The notes under the pieces were generated by a model, which saw nothing but the letters and a program-made list of their open reading frames with translations, made no database searches and had not been told where the DNA came from. From positions 67 to 64,066 of the forward strand of contig CAYTRB010000001.1 of the NCBI GenBank assembly GCA_964440215.1: DNA of 64,000 nt, in the 5' to 3' direction. The position numbers were made by a program, and so were the translations under genes. The number at the start of each line of letters is the position of its first letter. Positions within the stretch are counted from its first letter, which is position 1. The DNA comes from an uncultured Methylocapsa sp. Lineage in GTDB: Bacteria > Pseudomonadota > Alphaproteobacteria > Rhizobiales > Beijerinckiaceae. Of the stretch, positions 19,272 through 27,927 are shown piece by piece.

Positions 19272-19578
19272 GTTTGTGCTCCAACAGCGGACGCTCACCG
19301 GATGTCTTACCAGGAAGACGTTCAAAGCCGTGTGGTGTGTCAACCGATCCGAAATCACCATGCTTAACCATGGTGTGGGTAGAGCAAGTGAAAGACGCGT
19401 GTGCTGCTCAATTGGCTGTCATTGATCTGTCATATGTCAAACCTATCGCTCCCACAACGCATTTCAATCGGCTTGATGATGTTCCAGTCCTTGATGGTCA
19501 TGCCGGATTGGTTCGCCGTCCATTGATATTCCTTTCTGTGTGAGATGCGACCGGAAACCTGGACCTGGGGAAGAGCCG

Positions 19579-20289
19579 ATGCCACCGATATTCGATCCGG
19601 CCTTCGAGAAGGATGCGCTCGGTCTAATCACGGCCCTCCTGCTTGGCTTGGTCATCGGCTTCGAACGCCAATGGCGGCAACGTTTGGCGGGATTGCGGAC
19701 AAACACACTGGTTTCGCTTGGCGCCGCGATTTTCGTCGTCTTTGAAGGTCAATTCACCGATACCAGTCCGACGCGGGTCGCCGCACAGGTTGTGACCGGC
19801 ATCGGCTTCCTTGGTGCCGGAGTGATTTGGAAGGAAGGCGTCAATGTGCGCGGCCTGAATACTGCGGCGACGCTTTGGTGTTCCGCCGCGGTCGGGCTTC
19901 TGGCCGGCGCCGGCTATTGGCGCCAGGCCCTCCTCGCTGCCGGTCTCGTTGTCGGCGTCAATCTCGTGCTGCGGCCGCTGGTCGGATTGATCAATCGCCA
20001 GCCGATTGAATCCGCCGAGATCGAAACCTCCTATATCGTCAATGTCACTTGCCGGGGCGCCGATGAGGCGCAAATCCGGGCGCTTCTGGTGCAAGGCTTT
20101 GGTGTTAGCGACCTGCATCTCCGCGAACTCGAAAGCAGCGATATCGAAGGTACCGACCGGGTTGCAGTGACCGCAACGCTCACATCGGAAAAACGGCGCG
20201 AGATCGCGCTCGAATATATCGTCGGCCGCTTGAGCCTGGAGCCGAGCGTGACGAGCGCGCGCTGGCGGACGGTGAACACCTTCGTGTGA
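19579..20289 (+). CDS. MgtC/SapB-family membrane protein
   Basis: LLLGLVIGFERQWRQRLAGLRTNTLVSLGAAIFV...GIGFLGAGVI...GLNTAATLW is the MgtC signature. A C-terminal soluble ACT-like domain follows. ATG 19579. Confidence 0.88.
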   Translation: MPPIFDPAFEKDALGLITALLLGLVIGFERQWRQRLAGLRTNTLVSLGAAIFVVFEGQFTDTSPTRVAAQVVTGIGFLGAGVIWKEGVNVRGLNTAATLWCSAAVGLLAGAGYWRQALLAAGLVVGVNLVLRPLVGLINRQPIESAEIETSYIVNVTCRGADEAQIRALLVQGFGVSDLHLRELESSDIEGTDRVAVTATLTSEKRREIALEYIVGRLSLEPSVTSARWRTVNTFV

Positions 20290-20319
20290 GCTGCGCGCCT
20301 TACCTGCGCCTTGCACCTG

Positions 20320-21555
20320 CTAAATGCTTCCATCAAGTCGTCGCGCTGTTGTTATGTATTTCAGACGTGAGCTCAACACGCTGAGACCTAACCACAAGGC
20401 TACGCCTGCGCCAATAATATGCGCTATGAGCAAATTGCAATTTACAAGAAGAATAAATATGTCAAGGGCACGGATGATTTTTGACGGATCGTTAATAGCA
20501 ATCCCAGGTGGTTGCGATACGGTCTTCGCAATTAATAATGATATGCTTAGGGCGACGCCCACAAACGAAAACAATATTCCTAAAAGGCCGGTCAGAATGC
20601 CCGCAAGCAGAAACCAAAAGGCAATAAAGCCTCCTTGGTTTAAATAAGAATCCGGTCTTGAAGCGATTTTGCGCGCGACACGCGTGTAAGAGAAGGCCAA
20701 GCAAATAGCCAACAACAAAAGTATGAATCCATCGGCACCCCAATAAATGGCATCACCAAACCCCGATGCACCAGGGCTGAATGCGCGCCCCGACGTAGCG
20801 AACTCTAGTAATAGAGCGGTAAAGACGGCCAATACCGCCTGCAGCCAAAATTCAATCCAACCGAAGAGGCGCAGGTTTTTTGCCAATCCTCGCACAACGT
20901 TGGATGTTATAGGAGGGGTGGTATCCCCTGCATCCGCCTGCGGTTGCATGCTGACCGGCAGCAGCGGGGCCGCTCTTCGTGGGGGTCTAATCCTATTTAT
21001 GGCAGCAATGCCTATGTACGCAAAGAGCAATCCAGCCAATACAAAGGCTAAGAGACCATGGAGTGCCCCAAAAAATGCAGCCGATGTTACGTTGGTTGCG
21101 CCCCATATGCGGAAGGGAGCACCCCAGAATTTGCCAAAAAGGTCGGCTATGGGCCTGTCAACCACATCCCAGGCCGGTAAGCGGAGGCCCCAGAACTCCA
21201 CGGTGGCTCCACGGAAGATCGCTTGGAGGTATCCGCTGACAAGCAACAAGATCAAGGAAACGTATATGAGATAATATAACGAGTATGCTAATCTTGTATT
21301 CCATCGCGGGATTTCATCTATATCGGGCTTGTACTTCCGCGTAAGCAAAAAAATCAATATTTGTAATAAAAGCAATACTGCTACAATAATACCTATTGAT
21401 GTATGTATATCTAAGACAAATTCTCTTATTTGTTTGTTTATCTCGGGAGTATGGTTTGCATACCATCCCAGGCCGAGTGATGCGAAAATCAGAAATGCTA
21501 ATGCCTTTTGATTTAAGATGAAAATGGAATGGTAGCGTTCAACTTTTGAGCGCAT
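20320..21555 (-). CDS. multi-pass membrane protein: N-terminal cytochrome-b561-like 4-TM module plus a C-terminal 4-TM module (DUF3611-like by recollection)
   Basis: From ATG 21555: MRSKVERYHSIFILNQ...IHTSIGIIVAVLLLLQ...LAYSLYYLIYVSLILLLVSGY resembles CybB/b561 helices, but several expected His positions are not His. The C-terminal FWLQAVLAVFTALLLEF... block is hydrophobic. The gene is 25-45% GC in hand-counted 60-nt lines, versus about 62% next door. Confidence 0.6.
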   Translation of the reverse strand: MRSKVERYHSIFILNQKALAFLIFASLGLGWYANHTPEINKQIREFVLDIHTSIGIIVAVLLLLQILIFLLTRKYKPDIDEIPRWNTRLAYSLYYLIYVSLILLLVSGYLQAIFRGATVEFWGLRLPAWDVVDRPIADLFGKFWGAPFRIWGATNVTSAAFFGALHGLLAFVLAGLLFAYIGIAAINRIRPPRRAAPLLPVSMQPQADAGDTTPPITSNVVRGLAKNLRLFGWIEFWLQAVLAVFTALLLEFATSGRAFSPGASGFGDAIYWGADGFILLLLAICLAFSYTRVARKIASRPDSYLNQGGFIAFWFLLAGILTGLLGILFSFVGVALSISLLIAKTVSQPPGIAINDPSKIIRALDIFILLVNCNLLIAHIIGAGVALWLGLSVLSSRLKYITTARRLDGSI

Positions 21556-21799
21556 AAGAATATTTCCTGGCAGTGAGCACAAACTCCTTAATCGCACTAA
21601 ATCGTGCCCCGTTTGGGTTCCTGCGCAAGCCTGAGCCGTTGCATTTGGATGGGCAAATTGGTCGCAATGACCCATTTTCGCGCCTTCGTTGGATAATTCC
21701 ATCAACAGCGCGCAAAGCTTCCTTTGGATCATCGTCTTGGGCAACGAGAATCTCGATAGATCGAGACTTAATTGCGTAATTTAGGGCGAGACAGACCCG

Positions 21800-22372
21800 T
21801 TATTGTACGGATCGCGGCGGCGGTCCCTCGGGCCGCGCCGTCACCAGGGGATGCCCGGCATCCTGCCAGCCTTCGGCGCCGTCCGGATACCAATTGATAT
21901 TCCGATAACCGTAGGTGAGCGCGCGTTTGGCCGCGTTCCAACTCGCCCAGCAATGCGGGTGGCAATAAAAGACGATGGGCCGGTCAAGATCATCGCGGGT
22001 CAACGCACGGAGCCTGTCGCGGAAATATGCTTCTGTGATGTTATCAATATTTCCTTCGCCAATGCCGGGAATCCAAATGCTACCCGCGATATTTTCGTGT
22101 GGTGTCGGTTTCCACAGTGTTTCTGGTGCGAGATTCTCGGGGCGGTGTGGCACGCTTGCGGCGTCCACCAAAACGGCGCGGCCGTCCTGCAGCAGTGTAT
22201 CGAGTTGAGGCGCATGAATGACTTTGGCCCCGGATAATGTCGCGGGCAGCTCGTTATGCAGCGGCCCCATCCAATAGGTTTGCGGCTCCGGCACTTCGGC
22301 CGAGGCGGCGCTGGAGAGCACGGCAAAGGCTACGGCCATCAGGCCAAACGCAACATGAGCGGAAGATCTCAT
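21800..22372 (-). CDS. PQQ-dependent-catabolism-associated CXXCW-motif protein (rhodanese-like)
   Basis: Signal peptide, then a rhodanese-like body with the diagnostic FYCHPHCWASWNAAKRA (C-x-x-C-W) motif. The start overlaps the upstream stop by ATGA. Confidence 0.8.
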   Translation of the reverse strand: MRSSAHVAFGLMAVAFAVLSSAASAEVPEPQTYWMGPLHNELPATLSGAKVIHAPQLDTLLQDGRAVLVDAASVPHRPENLAPETLWKPTPHENIAGSIWIPGIGEGNIDNITEAYFRDRLRALTRDDLDRPIVFYCHPHCWASWNAAKRALTYGYRNINWYPDGAEGWQDAGHPLVTARPEGPPPRSVQ

Positions 22373-23175
22373 GATTTGCCGCCGGTGCCAAGATCGAAAT
22401 TATGCTCGAACACGGCGTTGTCGCTGTCATGCGCTTCGATCGTAAGCTTGCCCTTGTCCGGTCCATTCACCCCAAAGGTAATCGCCGGGTCGGCGGCGAG
22501 CGAAATATCGCTGTCGAGATGCAGCACTTTGACGCCATTCAAGGTGACATCGAGGGTCTTGAGAAAGCGGGCGGGCGTATAGCCCTGGGTCGCCGGATCC
22601 CTTTGCATGCCGTTGAAGTTCGGATGCCGGATCAACAGTTGCGCTTCCCGCGCTTGGCCCTCTTGCGGCTGCCCGAGAAAACGCAGCTTCATCTGCCCGA
22701 TCTCGGCAAGCGCCTCCGCGTCATAGGAGCCCGACGGCGCCGAGCAGCCGCCCGAGGCTTTGACAAAGCGATGGGTCTCGTAAAGAGCGCCATCCTTGGT
22801 TTCCTCGATGGCGTGCATATAGGTGTATTGATTGACCCGGACCCGGAATTTTAGGCTTTGCGGGTTGCCGGCCGGGCCAAACGTGACATGTGCGGCGACG
22901 GGCGCCGGATTGTCGTCGATGACGAGAGTGATGCTTTTGACATCGCCAGGGTTTTGCACGCTGATCGTGACTGGGACGAGGGCTGCGTCCTCGGCGCGCT
23001 CTGGTGCTTCCAAGGCAAATTTGGCGTCGCCCTGTTGGATTTGCCTGACCCCAAATATATCTTGCGCCAGCTCGTTCCAGCGGGCGGCGCGCGCGGCTTC
23101 ATCGTCAAGTGCCGCCGCCGCGCTAGCGAAAATCGCCGCGCTGGCGAGAAACCCCGCCAATGCTAATTTTTTCAT
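22369..23175 (-). CDS. quinoprotein-dehydrogenase-associated SoxYZ-like carrier protein
   Basis: Signal peptide MKKLALAGFLASAAIFASAAAALD (ATG 23175, GGAGA SD). SoxY-like half ending in KASGGCSAP (carrier Cys), followed by a SoxZ-like half (LLIRHPNFNGMQ...). Confidence 0.75.
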   Translation of the reverse strand: MKKLALAGFLASAAIFASAAAALDDEAARAARWNELAQDIFGVRQIQQGDAKFALEAPERAEDAALVPVTISVQNPGDVKSITLVIDDNPAPVAAHVTFGPAGNPQSLKFRVRVNQYTYMHAIEETKDGALYETHRFVKASGGCSAPSGSYDAEALAEIGQMKLRFLGQPQEGQAREAQLLIRHPNFNGMQRDPATQGYTPARFLKTLDVTLNGVKVLHLDSDISLAADPAITFGVNGPDKGKLTIEAHDSDNAVFEHNFDLGTGGKS

Positions 23176-23200
23176 ACCGGTCTCCATCGCTCGATGCGGC

Positions 23201-24139
23201 TCATTCCCATTCGAGTTCCTTATAGGCCTCGGTGGCATTGCGGGCGTTGTACTCGTCGAACAGTTTCCATTCATTGCGTTCGGACGCGGCGGCTGTTTTG
23301 ATCACGGACTCGATACTGCGGCCATCAGTGATCGCCCGACGTGTGTCGTTTTCGAGCACCGTCAAATAGCGAATAATCGCAGCCGAGGTGGAAGGCCAAT
23401 CCACCGCGGCCGGGCCGTGGCCAGGGACCGCGCGGGCCGCGGCACGATGTTTTAGCTCATCAAGCGTCTTGAGCCAGCCGCGCAAGCTGCCGTCGAGTGA
23501 AGGCATGCGCTGAACGAAGAGCAAATCAGCGGGCAAAAGCGTCCCCGTCTTATTGTCGAACAAGCTCAAATCGCAGGTCGTGTGGGCAGAGGCGTGGGCT
23601 GTCACCTCGATGATCCGGGAGCCGAGATCGATCTCGGCCCTATCGCGAATTTCCATGCCCGGAAAAACGACCGTCCCGACCTGCTCCGGCCCGAAGAGAG
23701 CGCTCAATTTCTCGCGATAATAGGCGCCGCGTTGTTGGAGCGCCTTGGCGAGCCGCGCATGGCCGACGAAAACTGGAGCATCCTTCAGAAACGCACTTGC
23801 CCCAAAAATGTGGTCGGGATGGACATGGCTCAGCACGACATATTTGACCGGCAGCTTGGTGATTAGCGCAATCGTGGCCCGTAAACGCTCGCCATCTTTG
23901 AGGCTGCCGCCCGGATCGGTGACAAGCACGGCGTCGCTACCCACGATAAAGCCGATATTGGCAATGGCGTTGTCATTGGCTTGCGTGGCCTCTTCATCGA
24001 GTCCGCGCCGGATGTGAATGCCGCCGGCGATTTCCGCCATCGCAAAAGGGCCGGCCTCGCTTGCGCGGATCACGCCGGGCAAGCAACAGAGACAGAATCC
24101 GCCAAAAAGAATTTTTCGCCGGGTCGCATGCCCCGTCAT
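23201..24139 (-). CDS. MBL-fold zinc metallohydrolase of the 'quinoprotein relay system' type
   Basis: Metallo-beta-lactamase motif VVLSHVHPDHIFG plus later His/Asp ligands (VTAHASAHTTCD...PGHG). Tat/Sec-like N-terminus RRKILFGGFCLCCLPG. Adjacent to the SoxYZ-like and CXXCW genes. Confidence 0.75.
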   Translation of the reverse strand: MTGHATRRKILFGGFCLCCLPGVIRASEAGPFAMAEIAGGIHIRRGLDEEATQANDNAIANIGFIVGSDAVLVTDPGGSLKDGERLRATIALITKLPVKYVVLSHVHPDHIFGASAFLKDAPVFVGHARLAKALQQRGAYYREKLSALFGPEQVGTVVFPGMEIRDRAEIDLGSRIIEVTAHASAHTTCDLSLFDNKTGTLLPADLLFVQRMPSLDGSLRGWLKTLDELKHRAAARAVPGHGPAAVDWPSTSAAIIRYLTVLENDTRRAITDGRSIESVIKTAAASERNEWKLFDEYNARNATEAYKELEWE

Positions 24140-24249
24140 GACTGAGGCCGAGCGGGGCCTTGAGTGTGCAAGAAGATTTTCAACCGCCGTGATTCCGGTT
24201 TCCCTAACCCCGCGCATATTTTATTGCCTTTGTCGTGCCAATAGGCTAT

Positions 24250-24259
24250 CTACTAGTAG
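24250..24259. promoter_or_regulatory. perfect 10-bp palindrome in the TetR/MBL divergent region (candidate TetR operator)
   Basis: CTACTAGTAG at 24250-24259 (12 of 14 if extended to ATCTACTAGTAGGT). Lies 42 nt upstream of the TetR GTG start and 111 nt upstream of the MBL hydrolase ATG. Confidence 0.4.
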
Positions 24260-24300
24260 GTTCGTTTCTTTCCGTCAAGAGCCACACGGGTCGCTGACAA

Positions 24301-24876
24301 GTGAACAACGAAACGGGGATAGGCACGCGCGGCCGGTTGCTGGCGGAAGCGGAATTCTTGGTCAGAACACGCGGCTATTCGGGTTTCAGCTATGCAGACC
24401 TCGCCAAAACCGTCGGCATAAGCAAGGCGAGCATTCATCATCATTTTCCGGCGAAGGAAGATCTGGGAGCCGCGCTCATCGACGCATATAAAGAGCGCTA
24501 CGATGTCGCGCTTGAAACCATATGGGAGGAAAGCACATCAGGGGTGGCGCGGATCGCCGCCTATGCAAGGCTTTATCTCGAGGGGCTGAGACAAGACCGG
24601 GGATGCCTGTGCGGCGTGATGGCCTGCGAACGCGACATCTTGCCTCAAGGCCTGCGCGTGGGCATCGCGCGGTTTTTCGAGGAGCATCTCATTTGGTTGC
24701 AAAGTGTCCTTGAAGCTGGCGTCGAGAACGGAACGATTCGGCGAGGGATTGATCACGCCGCGCAGGCAAAGCTTATCCTATCCGCGTTGGAAGGCATGCT
24801 CATGCTGGGACGCCTGTTTGGCGATAAGTCCGGATTCGACACGGCCGTTGACGCGCTTAGCAAAACCTTGCGTTAG
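24301..24876 (+). CDS. TetR/AcrR-family transcriptional regulator
   Basis: N-terminal HTH: GRLLAEAEFLVRTRGYSGFSYADLAKTVGISKASIHHHFPAKEDL. About 190 aa. GTG start. Confidence 0.88.
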   Translation: MNNETGIGTRGRLLAEAEFLVRTRGYSGFSYADLAKTVGISKASIHHHFPAKEDLGAALIDAYKERYDVALETIWEESTSGVARIAAYARLYLEGLRQDRGCLCGVMACERDILPQGLRVGIARFFEEHLIWLQSVLEAGVENGTIRRGIDHAAQAKLILSALEGMLMLGRLFGDKSGFDTAVDALSKTLR

Positions 24877-25019
24877 ACCACGCTCGCTTCAAGAGGAATC
24901 GCTGATGACTTTGGGCGAGCGTTGACGGGAGCGGCTCAAACTGGTCTACATCGGGCGCCTTTGGGCGCCACTGGCCGCGCACGGGCGCAGCTAACCAGGC
25001 ATTCGAGACCGCACCCTAG

Positions 25020-25823
25020 ATGAATTTGCTGACGCCTTTTTCCAACGCCTGGCACTATCGGGAATTGATCCGGGCCGTGGTCCGGCGTGAATTGGCGGTC
25101 CGCTTTCGCGGCACGATCCTCGGCTGGGTTTGGGCGATCTTCGGGCCTCTCGTCATGCTAACCGCCTATACGGTCATATTTTCCCATGCGGTCGGCCTTC
25201 CCGAGTCGGCCAAGGGGGGCAGCTTCGGCAGTTACGCTTTGTCAATCTTTGCGGGGTTGATTGTCTTCAATCTGTTCAGCGAACTCGCCTACCGCTCGCC
25301 TGGCCTTTTGCACGAACATGCGGGCGTCATCAAAAAGTCCATTTTTCCGAGCGAAACCTTAGCCTGGACGGCGACGATCCGCGCAGCCGTCTATGCGGCG
25401 ATAAGCTTAGCTGTTCTCATTGTTTTCGAGCTGGTACTGACGTTCAAGCTACCGCCTGCGAGTTTGCTTTTGCCCTTGGTCATCGTGCCTTTCTTTTTGT
25501 TTCTGCTTGGAACTTGCTGGTTTCTCATGGCGCTTGGATCGTTTACCCGGGATGTCGCACATCTCATGATTTCGATCGTGCCGGTCTTCATGTTCGCGAC
25601 GCCGATCTTTTATTCGATCGACGACGTGCCGCCCAATCTGCGCCTCTATCTGCATCTCAATCCGATCGGAAATTACGTCGAGATGATCCGCGACCTTCTC
25701 TTGTTCAACCGATTCCCGGGTCTCTTTCTCTATGGCGGGACGGTTGTGGTCTCGATCCTCATTTTCTTTTTCGCCTATCGTTTCTTCATGCAATACAAGG
25801 CCGTGTTCGTCGATGTCATCTGA
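25020..25823 (+). CDS. ABC-2-type polysaccharide export permease (Wzm/KpsM/TagG-like)
   Basis: YRELIRAVVRRELAVRFRGTILGWVWAIFGPLVMLTAYTVIF is the ABC-2 polysaccharide permease N-terminal signature, followed by 6 TM segments. Confidence 0.85.
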   Translation: MNLLTPFSNAWHYRELIRAVVRRELAVRFRGTILGWVWAIFGPLVMLTAYTVIFSHAVGLPESAKGGSFGSYALSIFAGLIVFNLFSELAYRSPGLLHEHAGVIKKSIFPSETLAWTATIRAAVYAAISLAVLIVFELVLTFKLPPASLLLPLVIVPFFLFLLGTCWFLMALGSFTRDVAHLMISIVPVFMFATPIFYSIDDVPPNLRLYLHLNPIGNYVEMIRDLLLFNRFPGLFLYGGTVVVSILIFFFAYRFFMQYKAVFVDVI

Positions 25824-26577
25824 TCCCGTCATCAGCTGCGATCGCGTCGGTAAGGCGTTCCAGCTCTATATGCGGCGCAACGATCAGCTCAAACAGGTGA
25901 TCTTCGGGCATTGGAAGCAGTACTACCATCAGCATTGGGTCCTGCGGGACATCACCTTCAAGGTTCGCCGCGGCGAAAGAATCGGAATCATCGGCCGCAA
26001 TGGTGCCGGGAAAACCACCTTGTTGCAGATCCTCTGCGGCATCACCTTGCCGACGCATGGCAATGTGAAAGTCAACGGCCGGGTGGCGCCGATTCTCGCG
26101 CTTGGCGCGGGGTTCGACCATGAGCTGACCGGCCGGGAAAATGCTTTGATCGGCGGCGCCATACTGGGCATGCGGCGCTCCACCGTAGAAGCGAGGCTAA
26201 CCGCGATTGCCGCCTTCGCCGATATCGGCGATTTCTTTTTTCAGCCGGTCAAACTCTATTCGAGCGGCATGGCGGCGCGGCTTGCTTTTGCCGTTTGCGC
26301 CCACGCCGATGCCGATATTTTGATCGTGGACGAGGCTCTCTCGGTTGGTGACGAAGCCTTCGGCGCCAAATGCGATGCCTTTATCAAGGATTTCGCTGTT
26401 CATGGCACGATCCTCGTCGTCTCGCATGATCTCGAAACCCTTGCGTCCATCTGCGACCGTGTTCTCTGGATCGAGGATGGCATGGTGCGCGGCGTGGGTG
26501 CCGCTAGGGAGATCATCTCGCTTTATCGCGACGCGGTTGAAGACAAGCCGGCGTCGGCGTTCGCCGAAATTTTATAA
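25813..26577 (+). CDS. polysaccharide export ABC ATP-binding protein (Wzt/KpsT/TagH-like)
   Basis: Walker A GRNGAGKTTLLQ, GFDHELTGRENA, signature YSSGMAARLAFA, Walker B ILIVDEALSVGD. ATG 25813 overlaps the permease gene end by 11 nt. Confidence 0.88.
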   Translation: MSSDPVISCDRVGKAFQLYMRRNDQLKQVIFGHWKQYYHQHWVLRDITFKVRRGERIGIIGRNGAGKTTLLQILCGITLPTHGNVKVNGRVAPILALGAGFDHELTGRENALIGGAILGMRRSTVEARLTAIAAFADIGDFFFQPVKLYSSGMAARLAFAVCAHADADILIVDEALSVGDEAFGAKCDAFIKDFAVHGTILVVSHDLETLASICDRVLWIEDGMVRGVGAAREIISLYRDAVEDKPASAFAEIL

Positions 26578-26590
26578 AGCCGTACAGATT

Positions 26591-27727
26591 TCAGCGCACT
26601 GGGAGCGCGACCGTGTCCTTGGCCAGCGAAAAATTCGCGTTTTGCCGTTCGATCAGGAAGATGGCAGCGGCAAGCTCCGCGACGATCGCAAGACCGACGA
26701 CAATGATAAGACGTGGGTCCTGTCGCACCAGCGTTTCGGCGGAAACGAGGATTGCGACATGGATCAAAGGAATCGCGAGCAGGGTTACGCTTGTCGCCGC
26801 CCCCGCGCGGCCGCTTGCTGAGGCGAGGTTCAAGACAAGCCCGATGGCGAGAAGCGTATGGGTCAGGGCGAGGAAAGGGATGCCGCACCGTTTGGCTGCT
26901 TCGCTCATCCATTCTCCATAAAGGCGCGGAAATATGACGGGCGATGGTCGTTTCTGAAAGAACTCCATAAACGGCATTTCGAACACACCGCGCCAACTGC
27001 GCTGCGGCAGCCCGCCCGTGCCTTGCATGTTGATCGGCATCGCATACTCATCGAAATGCGCTGTTCTAACGGTCGAGCCATCCGCCGGAAGCGTCTCGAT
27101 CGAACCATTGCTCAAGATCAAGACGACACCGTTGGCGTTTCGGCGGAACTCCGCTTCGGCGGCGGTGATGATCTGCTCCTCGTTCTTTTCGGCGGAGAAT
27201 TGATGGATGAACATGCCAGAGACGAGATCGGCGGAATGCCAGCGGCGGAAATAAATAGTCCGCGTGCCATTGTCGAAACTGTAGAATTGCGCCGGCTCCA
27301 GCATCCGGTGATTCAACGAATTGCGAATGACATAAATCACGTCGTGCATCTCGCCGACATGGGCGGGCGCGAAAATTGAGGAGAGCCAATAACCGGCGCC
27401 GACCGCGACAAGGGCGACGAACGCAGAAGGAAGCGTGATGGCCCAGGCCGAAAGGCGCAGGGAATAAAGAACCGCGATCATGCCATCGGCGGACATTCGC
27501 GCGAATTCGAGCGCAACCGCGACGCCAACCGCCATCGGCAGAGCAATATAGAGAACCGTCGGCAGAGTGCCGAGGACGGCCGGTATGAGCAGCCCGCCAC
27601 GGATGGCGGCCGGTGGAAGATAATGGAAAAGCGAGGTCATAACGACGGGAATGCAAAGCCCTAAAGAGATTATAAGCGCGCCGGTTGCGATCCGTTTCGA
27701 AAGATAGAAGAAAAGCAGACGGGGCAT
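26591..27727 (-). CDS. LptF/LptG-family (YjgP/YjgQ) permease, solitary copy
   Basis: MPRLLFFYLSKRIATGALIISLGLC... Three TM helices, a central soluble domain of about 130 aa, then three TM helices: the LptF/G architecture and N-terminal motif. Confidence 0.7.
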   Translation of the reverse strand: MPRLLFFYLSKRIATGALIISLGLCIPVVMTSLFHYLPPAAIRGGLLIPAVLGTLPTVLYIALPMAVGVAVALEFARMSADGMIAVLYSLRLSAWAITLPSAFVALVAVGAGYWLSSIFAPAHVGEMHDVIYVIRNSLNHRMLEPAQFYSFDNGTRTIYFRRWHSADLVSGMFIHQFSAEKNEEQIITAAEAEFRRNANGVVLILSNGSIETLPADGSTVRTAHFDEYAMPINMQGTGGLPQRSWRGVFEMPFMEFFQKRPSPVIFPRLYGEWMSEAAKRCGIPFLALTHTLLAIGLVLNLASASGRAGAATSVTLLAIPLIHVAILVSAETLVRQDPRLIIVVGLAIVAELAAAIFLIERQNANFSLAKDTVALPVR

Positions 27728-27747
27728 TGCACGGTTCCTGTCGCGCC

Positions 27748-27788
27748 CTAGAGCATGTCCCGAATAAGTTGATCGGCTTTATCGATCA
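27748..27788 (-). repeat. intergenic repeat element, copy c (inverted orientation)
   Basis: The reverse complement TGATCGATAAAGCCGATCAACTTATTCGGGACATGCTCTAG matches 49057-49097 (GAATCGAAAAAGCCGATCAACATTTTCGGAGCAAGCTCTAG) at 33/41 positions by hand alignment. Confidence 0.6.
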
Positions 27789-27927
27789 TGGGATTCCACG
27801 TGAAGGGCAAGCACTCCAAAGCCTGATATCTTAATGATCATCCGGCAAAGCCAAAGAGATAGATACCAGGAGCGGTGAAACTGCAAGTGCGCATGGCCGG
27901 CAACGTCCTTTCGCCTCCATGGACAAG

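Noticed and set aside
25130-25900. 256-aa ORF overlapping wzm in another frame.
   Set aside because: The wzm frame carries the ABC-2 permease signature and TM pattern. The alternative frame is Arg/Ser/Cys-rich with no features.
25020-26577. wzm/wzt as the ABC exporter that sometimes accompanies quinoprotein relay clusters.
   Set aside because: The sequences carry polysaccharide-type Wzm/Wzt (TagG/TagH-like) signatures. A TetR gene and a 144-nt spacer separate them from the trio, and they are followed by glycosyltransferases. A glycan-export role is more parsimonious, though not proven.
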